DNA of 64,000 bases from Botryllus schlosseri (Eukaryota): the NCBI GenBank assembly GCA_051294905.1, contig CM119371.1, forward strand, positions 37,016,001 through 37,080,000. Direction: 5' to 3'. Below the pieces are notes generated by a model that was not told the origin of the DNA, did no database searches, and saw only the letters and a program-made list of their open reading frames with translations. The translations under genes and the position numbers were made by a program. Shown here one piece after another: positions 51,641 through 63,301 of this stretch. Within the stretch, counting starts at the first letter, position 1. Each line of letters begins with the position of its first letter.

Positions 51641-54600
51641 TTTGGTTACGTAATAATTATAGTGCGAAAATATTAATTCATTGCGGCTTGTGAGAGCTAC
51701 GACTAGTGATGCGTCGTAAATTAAACAAGTTTTCACAATCGCGTCGCAACAACAAAAGTTACACTGCCCTTGAATTTCCTAATAGGTTGATTTGAATTAT
51801 TCCAGGTCAGAAAAATCAACAATAATTATTCACGATTTTCATTCGAACTCATCCGAGATCTTCAATCGCACCATTCGCACCACTTTCGTCATTCGCACTC
51901 AACCGGAATTTTCATTCGCACCGTTCGCACCACCTCCGTCATTCGCACTGCAATTTTTTTCATTCGCACTAGTGCGAACCGTCACACAGGTTGAAAAGCA
52001 CTGATCTATAGAATAAGCCATTACAACGGCATATTTGCAAGCTTATCCAAATTTTGGACAACGCTAATGTACATGCTCATTGCTCATGATCTGATGATTA
52101 AGTATTGATAGCCATCTTGCTAGTTTAGTCATTTACACTCGTGTCGCTAAAATGTGAAATGAAAATTGTTGTGTCATGTAGGCCTACTGTAGTTTCGACT
52201 GTAGGCAAACATTGGAATGATACATATTGTCACATATTGTCACAGACCTGAGGTATATTTCAGAGAGCCTAATTATTCTCTGTAACATGTTCTTCTGTTT
52301 TTTCAGTTATAGAATGGGACTTTGGATTTTGAAAATATTTTGGATCAGGATGGAGTTGGACTGTAAATCAGGAAAATATTTCTTGATCAGGACTGTAAAT
52401 TTTTAAAATATTTTCGGATCAGGATGGAGTAGGACTTGGTTCAAATTTTCAGGACCGGACTTGGACTGTGAATTTTGAAATTTTTGGATCAGGATGGAGT
52501 AGGACTGAATTGAAAATTTTCAGGAATGGACTTGGACTGAAAATATTTTTCGATTAGGATGGAGTAGGACTGAATTGAAAATTTTCAGGATCGGACTTGG
52601 ACCGAAAAATATCACAGTCCGCTCATCACTGGTCTGCATACAATGGAGCTAAATTGCTTAAATTATTGATATGAGAAATCAGCGACCAGTGTGTCACCAG
52701 TTCAGTGTGACCCTCATTGTAATGAATTAATTAGCCTACAGCTGGTTGTCTGCATCTCATGCATGCCCACAAAAACGTAGCCTACTAACATTTGCATTTT
52801 TCTCGACGTGTGAGGCTTGGTTCGTGAGATAATACTAAACCTCAGGTTGAGTTCTAAAAAGTTAGAGAGCCACTGCATTACCCGCATTGAACTTGTTTAT
52901 GAATTTATTTCACTTTGTAGCGACGCGTCATTGTATTTACGAGACTAACTCTATTATTTATTATATGAAGAGAAATTCTTCTACTGCAATACCTTTACTT
53001 CAGGTGATTGGAATTGAGATGAATTTGGTGTGCATCATCTCCACTGACAGCCTAACAATTTTATGGGGTAGACAGAAAAATTTGAAATTTTCTATAATAA
53101 ATACAAATTTTCTACTGTAGGAATGTCTCTTCTACCTGTTGGAATTGAGCCAAATTTGGTGTGCACCGTTTTTTAGCCAACCTAACAATTTTTTCAAGTA
53201 GCCAGTGCCATTTGAGGAAAAAGATTTTTATATTGAACAGCCCTAATGCACAAATTAGTATTTCAGCGTTAATATATGGTGAAATAGAAGTAGTGTATTG
53301 AAAGACTACTTGAGCAAGTGAAACTAGTAGATAAATCCACCCGAGTGCTACGGAAAAGCAGAATACTTCCTGACTAATGACCTCTTCTAGGGGTACAAAT
53401 GACAATAGATGTGTCAAGCGTGATAAGATGTGATAAGCGCTAGGTTTCAAGTCGAGTATCGATTATCACTCGTTATGACCTTTAATTCGACCATAATGAC
53501 TATAATGATAATTCTGCATCACATTGAAGATTTGGTATTTTTCTACCATAACTATGTGATTGCACTTTGTGACAATGCTGAGTGATCACGAATTCACAGG
53601 TATGCCATTTCCACTAACGTGTGCAGTAAAGTTGCTTAAGAATAACTTTTTTCGGATCCCCGGGCATTCACATATTGAATTGTTAGGTTGCCTAAAAAGA
53701 AGCTGCTCACCAAATCTGGCTCAATTCCAACCATTATACGTCGACGCAGGGCCAATTGAAATTTTTGACTATATTATGAATAAAAAATATTCGAATTTTA
53801 CAGTCGACTCCATAATATTGTTTAGCTGTGTACAAAAATGATGCCAAACAAAATCTACGCAATCCCGACCCGTAGAAGCGAAGGTATTTGAGTTTTTCAT
53901 TCAAAATTCTGGGAGTTTCCACCATCGATGCTATTTTCCAAATCCGAAACTTTCAGCTGCGATAACTTCGCTTCTACCGGTTGGACTTGCGTCAAATTTA
54001 TTTTGCATAGTGGGGTTGATAGTAAAATTTGAAAATTTATTTTTTTAAGTAAATTCGAAAATTTAAATTGGCTCTGCGTCAGCGTATACTTGTTGAAATT
54101 GAGTCAAATTTGGTGTGAAGCGTATTTTAGGCAACCTAACAACTTAGTCAGTAAGTCCCCGAGATTCGGAAAAAGAAAGTTATTTTATAACAACCCTAGT
54201 GCACTGCTCTGTACTAGGCTACCGGTTCTGTATACTACAATACGACTAATCCAGGTTTAAAGGCCTCCACGGTGGAAAATTGTGTCGGAACTATAAAATG
54301 AGTCTTTATTTGTTTTATCCAACCAAAATACCAAACAAACAGACGATATGATCAATCGAGATTCACAGCCGTACACAATGTGAAAATTGCATCAATATTG
54401 TAATTGGATAACTTGAATTTTAGCGCCAAGAAGAATCATACAATTTCGGTACTCGAAAAATCATCTATCACCATTCGACTCTAATCGTTAGAATTAATAC
54501 TCGATCCAGATTCGAGTACGGTTCACGAATCATTGAACCCAGCCATGGAGATGAGTTGATTAGAGTTAACGATCTTTGTTACAAAATCTGTTGGTAATTT

Positions 54601-54787
54601 GTGCCCAACATTTTATGTTTAAAGGACTTCAAGTAGGATGTTATCTCAATTGCTATATATAGATAGTACATTCAGTAGCGATCATATCAAAATGTGAGTG
54701 ACACAAAGACTCTAAATTCTAACTGTTCATCATGACTTGAAATTTCGTTTAGGTGATATTTACAGGAGTAGTGAAGGATCATAGTAT

Positions 54788-57700
54788 ATGCATACCGGTG
54801 TCAAAATTCATGAATGTGATATATGTGGAAAATTATTTACTCAGAAGTGTAACCTCAAGCATCATAAGGAGATGCATGTTGGCGTCAAGAACCATGAATG
54901 CAATGTGTGTGGGAAAGCTTTTACTCAGAAGGGTACCCTCAAGCTTCATATGGACATGCATGCTGGTGTCAAAAATCATGAATGTGCTGTGTGCGGAAAA
55001 GCATTTACTGGTCACCTGAAGCGTCATATGGAGTTGAATTATGGTGTCAAAAATCATGAATGTGCTGTGTGTGCGAAAGCATTTGCTCGGAAGGGAGGCC
55101 TCAAGCGGCATATGAAGATGCATGCTGGCGTCAAAACTCATGAATGTGCTGTGTGTGGGAAAGCATTTACCCACAAGGGTAACCTCAAACTTCATATGGA
55201 GATGCATGCTGGCGTCAAAATCCATGAATGTAATGCATGTGGAAAAGCTTTTACTCAGAAGGGTAACCTCAAAGTTTCACATGGAGATGCATGCTGGTGT
55301 CAACAAACATGTATGTGATATATGCGGAAAGGCATTTCCTCACAGGGGTAGCCTCAAGCTGCATATGGAGATGCATGCTGGCGTCCAAAATCATGAATGT
55401 GCTGTTTGTGGAAAGGCATTTACTCAGAAGGGTAACCTTGAGCTTCATATGAAGATGCATGCTGGCGTCAAGAACCATGAATGTAATGTGTGTGGCAAAT
55501 CTTTTACTCTGAAGGGAGGCCTCAAGCGTCATATGGACAATTGGACATGCATTCTGGCGTCAAAATTCATGCATGTGCTGTGTGTGGAAAATTGTTTACT
55601 CACAACGGTAACCTCAAGCATCATATGGAGATGCATGCTGGCGTCAAAAATCATGAATGTGTTGTGTGTGGGAAAGCCTTTACTGGTCACCTGAAGCATC
55701 ATATGGAGATGCATGTTGGTGTCAAAAATCATGAATGTGATGTGTGCGGAAAAGCATTTGCTCACAAGCTTACCCTCAAGCTGCATATGGAGATGCATGC
55801 TGGCTTCAAAATTCATGCATGTGCAGTGTGTGGAAAATTGTTTACTCACAAGGGTAACCTCAAGCGTCATATGGAGATGCATGCTGGCATCAAAAATCAT
55901 GAATGTGCTGTGTGTGGAAAATCATTTACTCACCAGAATAGCCTCAAGCTTCATATGAAGATGCATGCTGGCATCAAAAATCATGAATGTGCTGTGTGTG
56001 GAAAAGCATTTACTCAGAAGGGTAACCTCAAGCGCCATACGGATATACATGCTGGCGTCAAAAACCATGAATGTAGTTTGTGTGGGAAAGCTTTTACTCA
56101 GAAGGGTGACCTCAAGCGTCATAGGGCCATGCATGCTGGATTCAAAAATCATGAATGTTCTGTGTGTGGAAAAGCATTTACTCGGATGAATTACCTGAAG
56201 CTTCATATGGAGATGCATGCTGGCGTCAAAAATTATGAATGTGCTGTGTGTGGGAAAGCATTTACTCACAAGTGTCACCTGAAGATTCATATGCAGATGC
56301 ATGCTGGCGTCAAAAATCATGAATGTGCTGTGTGTGGGAAAGCATTTACCCACAAGGGTAGCCTCAACCTTCATATGGAGATGCATGCTGGCGTCAAAAA
56401 CCATGAATGTAATGTATGTGGAAAAGCTTTTACTCAGAAGGGTAACCTCAAGTTTCATATGCGGATGCATGCTGGTGTCAACAAACATGTATGTGATGCA
56501 TGTGGAAAGGCATTTCCTCACAAGGGCAACCTCAAGCTTCATATTGAGATGCATGCTGGAGTCTAAAATCATAAATGTGCTGTGTGTGGAAAAGCATTTA
56601 CTCAGAAGGGTAACCTCGTTCTTCATATGAAGATGCATGCTGGCGTCAAGAACCATGAATGTAATGTGTGTGGTGTGGCAAAGCTTTTACTCTGAAAGGA
56701 GGCCTCAAGCGTCATATGGACATGCATGCTGGCGTCAAAATTCATGCATGTGCTGTGTGTGGAGAATTGTTTACTCACAAGGGTAACCTCAAGCCTCATA
56801 TGGAGATGCATTCTGGCGTCAAAAATCATGAATGTGCTGTGTGTGGGAAAGCATTTACTGGTCACCTGAAGGATCATATGGAGATGCATGTTGGTGTCAA
56901 AAATCATGAATGTGATGTGTGCGGAAAAGCATTTGCTCACAAGGTTAAAGGTCAACTATATCGACCAAAACAACTTTGGCTCATTTTGTAGAGTTTGTTA
57001 TGCTGATTCCAATAATATACATCCTGCCTCCTAAAATTAAGTATTTCTTGAGATATCGCAGTGCAAACTGCCGACTTCTGAGAAACGGCTGTAAAATCAG
57101 CGACCGTGTCGATGACGTACTACCAGGATGTTTTGCCGATACATGGAAAACTGAATGGGATGTCTAAGTCAGTCGTAGGTTGTTTTCTTCGCCTTAACTG
57201 CCTGATGCTGCGATGTTTTGATCCGTCGGGCCCGACTGGACTATTCCATCTTCATTTTATGGTACTTTAGGTTCATATAATTTGCGATGCCTAGTGTACA
57301 GGGAGTACAGAAATGAACGTGCAATGCAAGAATCCAGTTCTGTTTACATCTCATTTATTGATTCCATGGAAACGCCACCTCTTTGGGATGAGGTGGGCTA
57401 GCTGCCCTGCACTTCAATGAAAACAGATGAAGAGAGCAGAAGAAAATCAAGCCGGAGAGACATTTTTTGCAGAAAAATATGTAAAATGTAAGGAAGGCTG
57501 TCTCGTTAATAAAAGTGCTCACTGATGTACAGTATTATTCAGTAGGATGCTATAGTCATTGATTACTTTGAGGAGAACTTTGTCATCACACTTCCTCTAC
57601 CACAAATGATACTGTACAAAGGAGAAGAACGAGTTCTGAAGTCACATCTGTCATTGAATCGTTTACCTAGAGGTGTGATCAGAACCCCCTCCTCTCGCTG

Positions 57701-59216
57701 CTGCACGCGCACGATGGTAACGAAATCAAGCCACCAGATAGCAGAGAACTTGGTTCAACACATCATGATGAAGTGGTATCACGGAAGGTAATTATTATTT
57801 CAAACTGACTTTCCCTAACAACTTCAGAGTTTTGTAACTTCAAACAACCACCCCTGTTATAGGCTTACATAAAAACCCTTGTTCTTGCTGCTGGCTTTCA
57901 CTTGGATATTGAACCGGTGTTACAATAAAAAAGAGTAAATCGAGTGTTAGTGAGTGTATATGATTTAATTTCTGCTGTAAATGATTATTTCAGCGACGTT
58001 GACAATCCTGTCTGAGGGCATCATGCTGAAGCATAACATCAAGAAAAGAAAAATCCTGGAAATATCAAGACTTATTCACACAGATTTATTGGGATGATTG
58101 CCTTCTATGAAATTATAAATCTTACGATTCTGTATGTATTAAAACCTAATAAAAGGTTCTGACTGTTCCATATGTATTAGAATCGAGTAAAAGCTTTTGG
58201 GTAAAGTCATTTTATTACATACAAAGATAAGTGAAAGTAGCGGACTGTGTGAGAACTGATCAGCGGTGTTGAGATACTTCGAATCCAGTGCATGCGGCGG
58301 AGATGAATTCCAGTCTGAGTGAATCTAGTCGGGTCGAGCGTCTCTGAAAAGTCGATATGTACTAGTTATATGCATCAGTCCTCAAGCTTAGATCCTCAGC
58401 ATACCGCACAATCGTACATGCATACAGTACTCCTATTGTTTTAGACGTGCAATACCAATCATTTGGCAATACGGTACGGTACTTTCGTCGTCCAGGAATG
58501 CCCAAGTAATTGTATATACCATTCAATTATATGGGAATTCCTCAATAGTGTCAAAATAAGATTTACTAGACACCGTGTCGCTATCAGTTGACTCCGCAGC
58601 TTCTGCAGAAGTTGACATTATCCCACTTCAATACATACAGCACGGCCGCAGCATCAGAAATCCTCCTGGTAGTACGTCATCGACATGGTTCATTGATTTT
58701 ACTACCGTTTTGGTCTGTGGTGGTATTTTGCGACTTTTGCTGCTCGATATCTCAGAAACTACGTGATTTTAGAAGATATGAGGTATATTATTGGAATCAG
58801 CATGCGAAAGTCTACAGAATGAGCCAAAGTTGTTTTGGTCGATAGAGTTGACCTTTAACCTCAAGCTGCATATGGAGATGCATGCTGGCATCAAAAATCA
58901 TGAATGTACTATGTGTCGAAAAGCATTTCGTCACAAGGGTAATCTCAAACTTCATATGAAGATGCATGCTGGTATCAAAAATCATGAATGTGCTGTGTGT
59001 GGTAAATCATTTACTCGCCAGAATAGCCTCAACCTTCATATGAAGATTCATGCTGGCGTGAAAAATCCTGAATGGGCCGTGCGTGGAAAATCATTTACTC
59101 ATCAGAGTAACCTCAAACCTCATATGGAGCTGCATGCTGGCGTCAAAAGCCATGAATGTAATGTCTGTGGAAAAGCTTTTACTCACAAGGGAGACCTTAA
59201 GCATCGTATATTATGA
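54788..59216 (+). pseudogene. Tandem C2H2 zinc-finger array ZNF-D, about 30 fingers, disrupted
   Basis: Continuous 84-bp finger repeats with a +1 frameshift (about 55272), +8 (about 55539), TAA at 56564, +5 (about 56670) and a 1.9-kb insertion at 56949-58854 splitting finger 26 (HKV|NLKLH). Confidence 0.85.
56949..58854. mobile_element. Non-autonomous Kolobok-like DNA transposon (1906 bp) inside ZNF-D
   Basis: TTAA duplicated at 56945-56948 and 58855-58858. Imperfect TIR of about 100 bp, AGGTCAACTATATCGACCAAAACAACTTTGGCTCATT / AATGAGCCAAAGTTGTTTTGGTCGATAGAGTTGACCT. AG...CT termini fit Kolobok rather than piggyBac (CC...GG). Confidence 0.8.
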
Positions 59217-60559
59217 TGGGTATAGGGCAGTGGTTCCCAACCTTTTGCGACTCATCGCCCCCTTTTGAAGCTCCACACTGATCATCGCCCCCCAAATATT
59301 GGGAAAATAACAACAGCACTTTGTCAGCCCCCCAAACATTGGTATTTGGCCCCATAGGGTGATAAACCAAACCCCAGACCATCCCCCCCTCAGCCAATGG
59401 GCCTTTTGTCGCTACATATCAGCTATACGGTACCCTATTTCATGTACTGTTTGGTGAGACACCGTATTCCGCCTAAACGCGCGAAGCCCGACAAATTTCT
59501 ATAATTCATGTTTGAATCGGTCAATATGGTCGGGAATTTCATATATATTGCTATCAATTTTTTATCCTCTTTCTGCTCGCGTAATCAGATTTACCAGTAG
59601 AGCTGAGTGTGGTGTGTGCTGGAAAAGGTAGGACCCCTAAATAATAATTAAACATCTTCGGGCGGAATCGTTGTTATATTGACTTCGTTACATGATGCTA
59701 TTGTGTGACCTCCTATATCTGCTATGTCAGAAGATATGGAAATCATCAAAACGTACCAAACTAAAAGACGCACATGATTTCAAATTGGTATTTCTGTACT
59801 GGCAAATAATTTTTTACTTGCGGGATGGCATTTGTCCTGTAGGGTTAAGGTCGCCAGGACAGGAACATTCGATTCCAGCCATTGAGGCGCCTATTGACAA
59901 TTAAACATATATGTATATTAGGCTGTTCAAAAATAACTTTTTTTTCTGGATTCCAGCCATTCAGTCATTAAATTGTCAGGTTACCCTAAAAAACGCTACA
60001 CACCAAATTTGGTTCAATTCTAACTGGTATAGGGCTCCGCAGATCCGATTAAAATTTTTAATTTATAGCCTACAGGAAAATCGAGAAAAAAAATTTTAAA
60101 ATTTTTTTGTCAACCCAATGAAATTGTTGAGCTGTCTTCAGAGACGATGCAAAAAAATTGGCTCAATTTGGACTAGTAGAAGTGAAGCTATTGGAGTTTT
60201 CCGTTGATAATCCTTGGATCAACGACCAATCAAGGATAATCCGAGAATTATCAAGGAAAAATTCAAATAACTTTGCTTCTACTAGTCCGAATTGAGTAAA
60301 ATGATTTGCGACTCGCAACAGGTAGCAGCCAGGCATAGTTCGCTCTTTCTGTATGGTAAATGCCGTAAATATGTAGGAATTGTGACTGAATGAGGTAGCG
60401 GGTAAAAGGTATATGCAGTAGCATATAGCTTCTGGGGTATTTTGAATTGCCTGTAGTATATGACACCTAGAGCTGTTTGACTTTCTTCAAACCAGGCGTA
60501 GACAACTAGTCTCAACTTTTCAAGGTTAGAATTATAGAGCTAAATCGTTTTGCGTTTGG

Positions 60560-61115
60560 AGAGGGTTAGGGTCAAAGTTGGGTTGTGGGTATCCCAATAT
60601 TAGGGTTGGCGTATTAGGGTGGGGAGGGGGATATTAGGGTTGTGAGAGGGGGATATTAGGGTTGGGTTAGGGGAGGTATTAGGGTTCTGGAAGGGGAATA
60701 TTAGGGTTGGAGTTAGGGGATATTAGGGTTGCGGGAGGGAGGATATTAGGGTTATGGAAGTGGGATATTAGGGTTGTGAGAGGGGGGATATTAGGGTTGG
60801 GGGTGGGGTATATTAGGGTTGGGTTAGGGGATATTAGGGCTACGGGAGGGGGGATATTAGGGTTAGGGTTAGGGAAGTCGGGTATTAGGGTTGGGGGAAA
60901 GGGGGGTAGGAGGTAGGTTAGGTTCAAAGTTGGGGTTAGATTACTCCTAACCGGGGTTTAACCCGCCTCCTATCTCCCTTTCCCCAACCCTAATCTTGGG
61001 ATACCCTAACCCACCTACAATCCCCCATTTCCCCAACCCTAATTCCGCCTTCCCCAACCCTAACCCAACTTTGACCCTTAGCCACTTCCAATCTCCCTTT
61101 CCCCCACCCTAATGT
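60560..61115. repeat. G-rich GATATTAGGGTT array followed by an inverted C-rich (CCCTAA) arm
   Basis: Repeated GGGGATATTAGGGTT units at 60595-60900, then CCCCAACCCTAA units at 60980-61113. 61100-61240 is reverse-complementary to 49595-49735. Confidence 0.8.
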
Positions 61116-61715
61116 CCGTCGGCACAAAAAACACAATTTATTTTGACGTTTATAAATATATATTTGTGTTCATGGAAAACATACGTTGGTGCTTATGGTG
61201 AACACTTTTCGATCTCTGACTGCCATCGAAGAAGTGCCGAATTTTCTAGGTATATAAGTCATATAGATACATACCTGTAGAACACTGATTCGTAGGTTAC
61301 CTGCCTTGGTACTGGCATCCTGATTTTATAAAAGTTGGTGCAAGAATGGACATTTTCAACTTGATTGATGGAGCAAAATTTGATATTGGAGTGCAATTAT
61401 ACCTCGAATCCAGTGACAAGATTATTAATCGTTGAAACCAAACGCAGCTTGTTTATGTTGGCCCATAGAATGTGGCTAGCCAGACCATATTGATAGAATA
61501 TGGTCACAGTAAGATAATGTTTTGGGCTATTTTACATGAACATTCAACATTTGATTTGATATGTCCGGTAAAACGGTTGTTATTCTGCTTTCGAATAAGG
61601 TAATTAATTTTCCATGTTAGATGTTTGTTTGTTTGTGGTGTTCATGGTGGTGGTTCGACTACACTGGTCATTTTACACCAGGCCGGTTCTTCTTATTATT
61701 ATTCCGTATCTGACC

Positions 61716-62469
61716 GATTACCAGTGAACTCGGTACTTGGTGAATTCAGTCGCACAAACTCGGCACTTGGTGAATTCGGCCGTGATAGATCTTGTAGAGG
61801 TACCGGTCACCATGATTGGTTACTGGACTGTTTGCCAGTGAACTTGGCACTTTGAGTGGTTGTCAATTTTGTATGGGGGTCAGGGCATGCGTAGATCAAA
61901 CAGTCACGGCGTGAATAGATCACAGATTGCGTAACCGCGGGAAATAACGCGACGCTCTTCACTTATTGAACTCGGCCCTCGGAGAATTGGCACTAGGACA
62001 CCTTCGCATTAGAAATGCATTTAATATGAATGAACAGTATCAAAAAGGAAACTTGAACGTGCCGGGGCATGATCATGCGAAACATTTGGTGATGAGGAAA
62101 ACTGGCTTGTCGTGATCGATGAACGAAGAAGTGCCGCTTGATCTTCCACAGCTCCGATTTCACATACAACGACAAGATCCATCTTCTCAAAACTTGCACG
62201 ACACAGCCCCGTCACTCACGCCATCGATTCCAAGCAGACCACGCGTGGTCGGTATATGAGCGCTGCGTCATTTCCCGCGGCTACGCAATCCGTGATCTAA
62301 TCACGTCGTGACTGCGTGATCTGCGGATGCCCTGACCTCCTTACAAGATTGACGAATCACTTGATAATACTATTATTAGTTTAATAATTCATATTAATAG
62401 CTGGTAATACACTTAATTACAAAATTTCCCGAGGGCCGAATTCACCAAGTGCCGAGTTCATCGGGAACC
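61716..62469. mobile_element. Second member of the 39489-40500 TIR family, inserted in a SINE
   Basis: Starts GATTACCAGTGAACTCGG, ends CCGAGTTCATCGGGAACC. TSD ATCTGACC/ATCTGCCC. 62285-62465 closely matches 40250-40430. Confidence 0.75.
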
Positions 62470-62809
62470 ATCTGCCCACTTAGAGCACGGCCCACTCCTA
62501 GGCTTTTCAAGTCATGGCTATGCGTATCAGATGGCGAGGAGGAGCCTAGATAAACGGCCAACACTTCAGTAGGAATTATGCAGTTGACGTGTCAGGCTCG
62601 TGCCCGCAATTCATTGGTGTTTAGCTATAATGGAACGTACCACTACGTTACCTCGCCATACCTTGTAACATGGGACCGTAGCATTTGGCATTTTGTGTGG
62701 CAATAGAATTTTGTGTGGAAAATTGTGTTCGCTTTAGAACTTATCCGAAACTTTTATTCCGCCATAGATTGTATATGATTAAACGATATCGGAATTGATC
62801 CTAGAAGAA

Positions 62810-63301
62810 TTTCAAAGCCACTCACCACAAAGGAGGATTAAAGAAGTTTGAGGACAAATTGAATGAAAGCAAAAGCCTTTTCAAGAGATGTGGTATGTTG
62901 AATCTGTTTTGTTATTTTTAAATACTTTGTTGTGCAGATAGCAGACGGTATATATAAACGTAAGATGTGGAAGCTATCAAGGTGTTATGTTTATTATTTT
63001 TAGAAAGTCAGTCAATCAAAGTGGACGATCGTATTGCTTGGATTATATTTAGGCTTATTTTAGCATCTTTAAGATCAATGCAACTCTGAACGTGGACGGT
63101 CATGAACACTTGAGCAGTGAACTAATTCTGTTCCTATATTGACATATCAGACATTTGCACTCAGTACCGTTGGCGGCGACAATATTGGTCAGTCAGCAAG
63201 AAGCATCATGAAGAGGGTTGCCAGTCTGGTGTAATTATAGCAGAGTCGGAAAGAATGGGAAATACGCTTTCATCGACCTAATTTGAACAAGATCACATAA
63301 A
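62810..63301 (+). pseudogene. DUF4806-like domain relic over two exons
   Basis: KPLTTKED/LKKFEDKLNE... ending at GT 62893. After AG at 63150: TFALSTVGGDNIGQSARSIMKRVAS.../NYSRVGKNGKYAF..NL.KI then GTAAG. This fits the LP..T.E.L..FE..L...GG......R.IM.....NYS..G..GK..F pattern as I recall it. Frameshifted. Confidence 0.45.

Noticed and set aside
55270..55546. +1 and +8 insertions restoring the ZNF-D frame as compensatory frameshifts
   Set aside because: A stop at 55316-55318 lies between them in the shifted frame.
60560..61115. Telomere-telomere fusion site
   Set aside because: TTAGGG occurs singly within longer units rather than as tandem hexamers, and the flank is a dispersed repeat.
61993..62199. 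Minus-strand FRMIMPR motif faintly like a piggyBac transposase
   Set aside because: Too short and degenerate, and the host element has an 8-bp TSD rather than TTAA.
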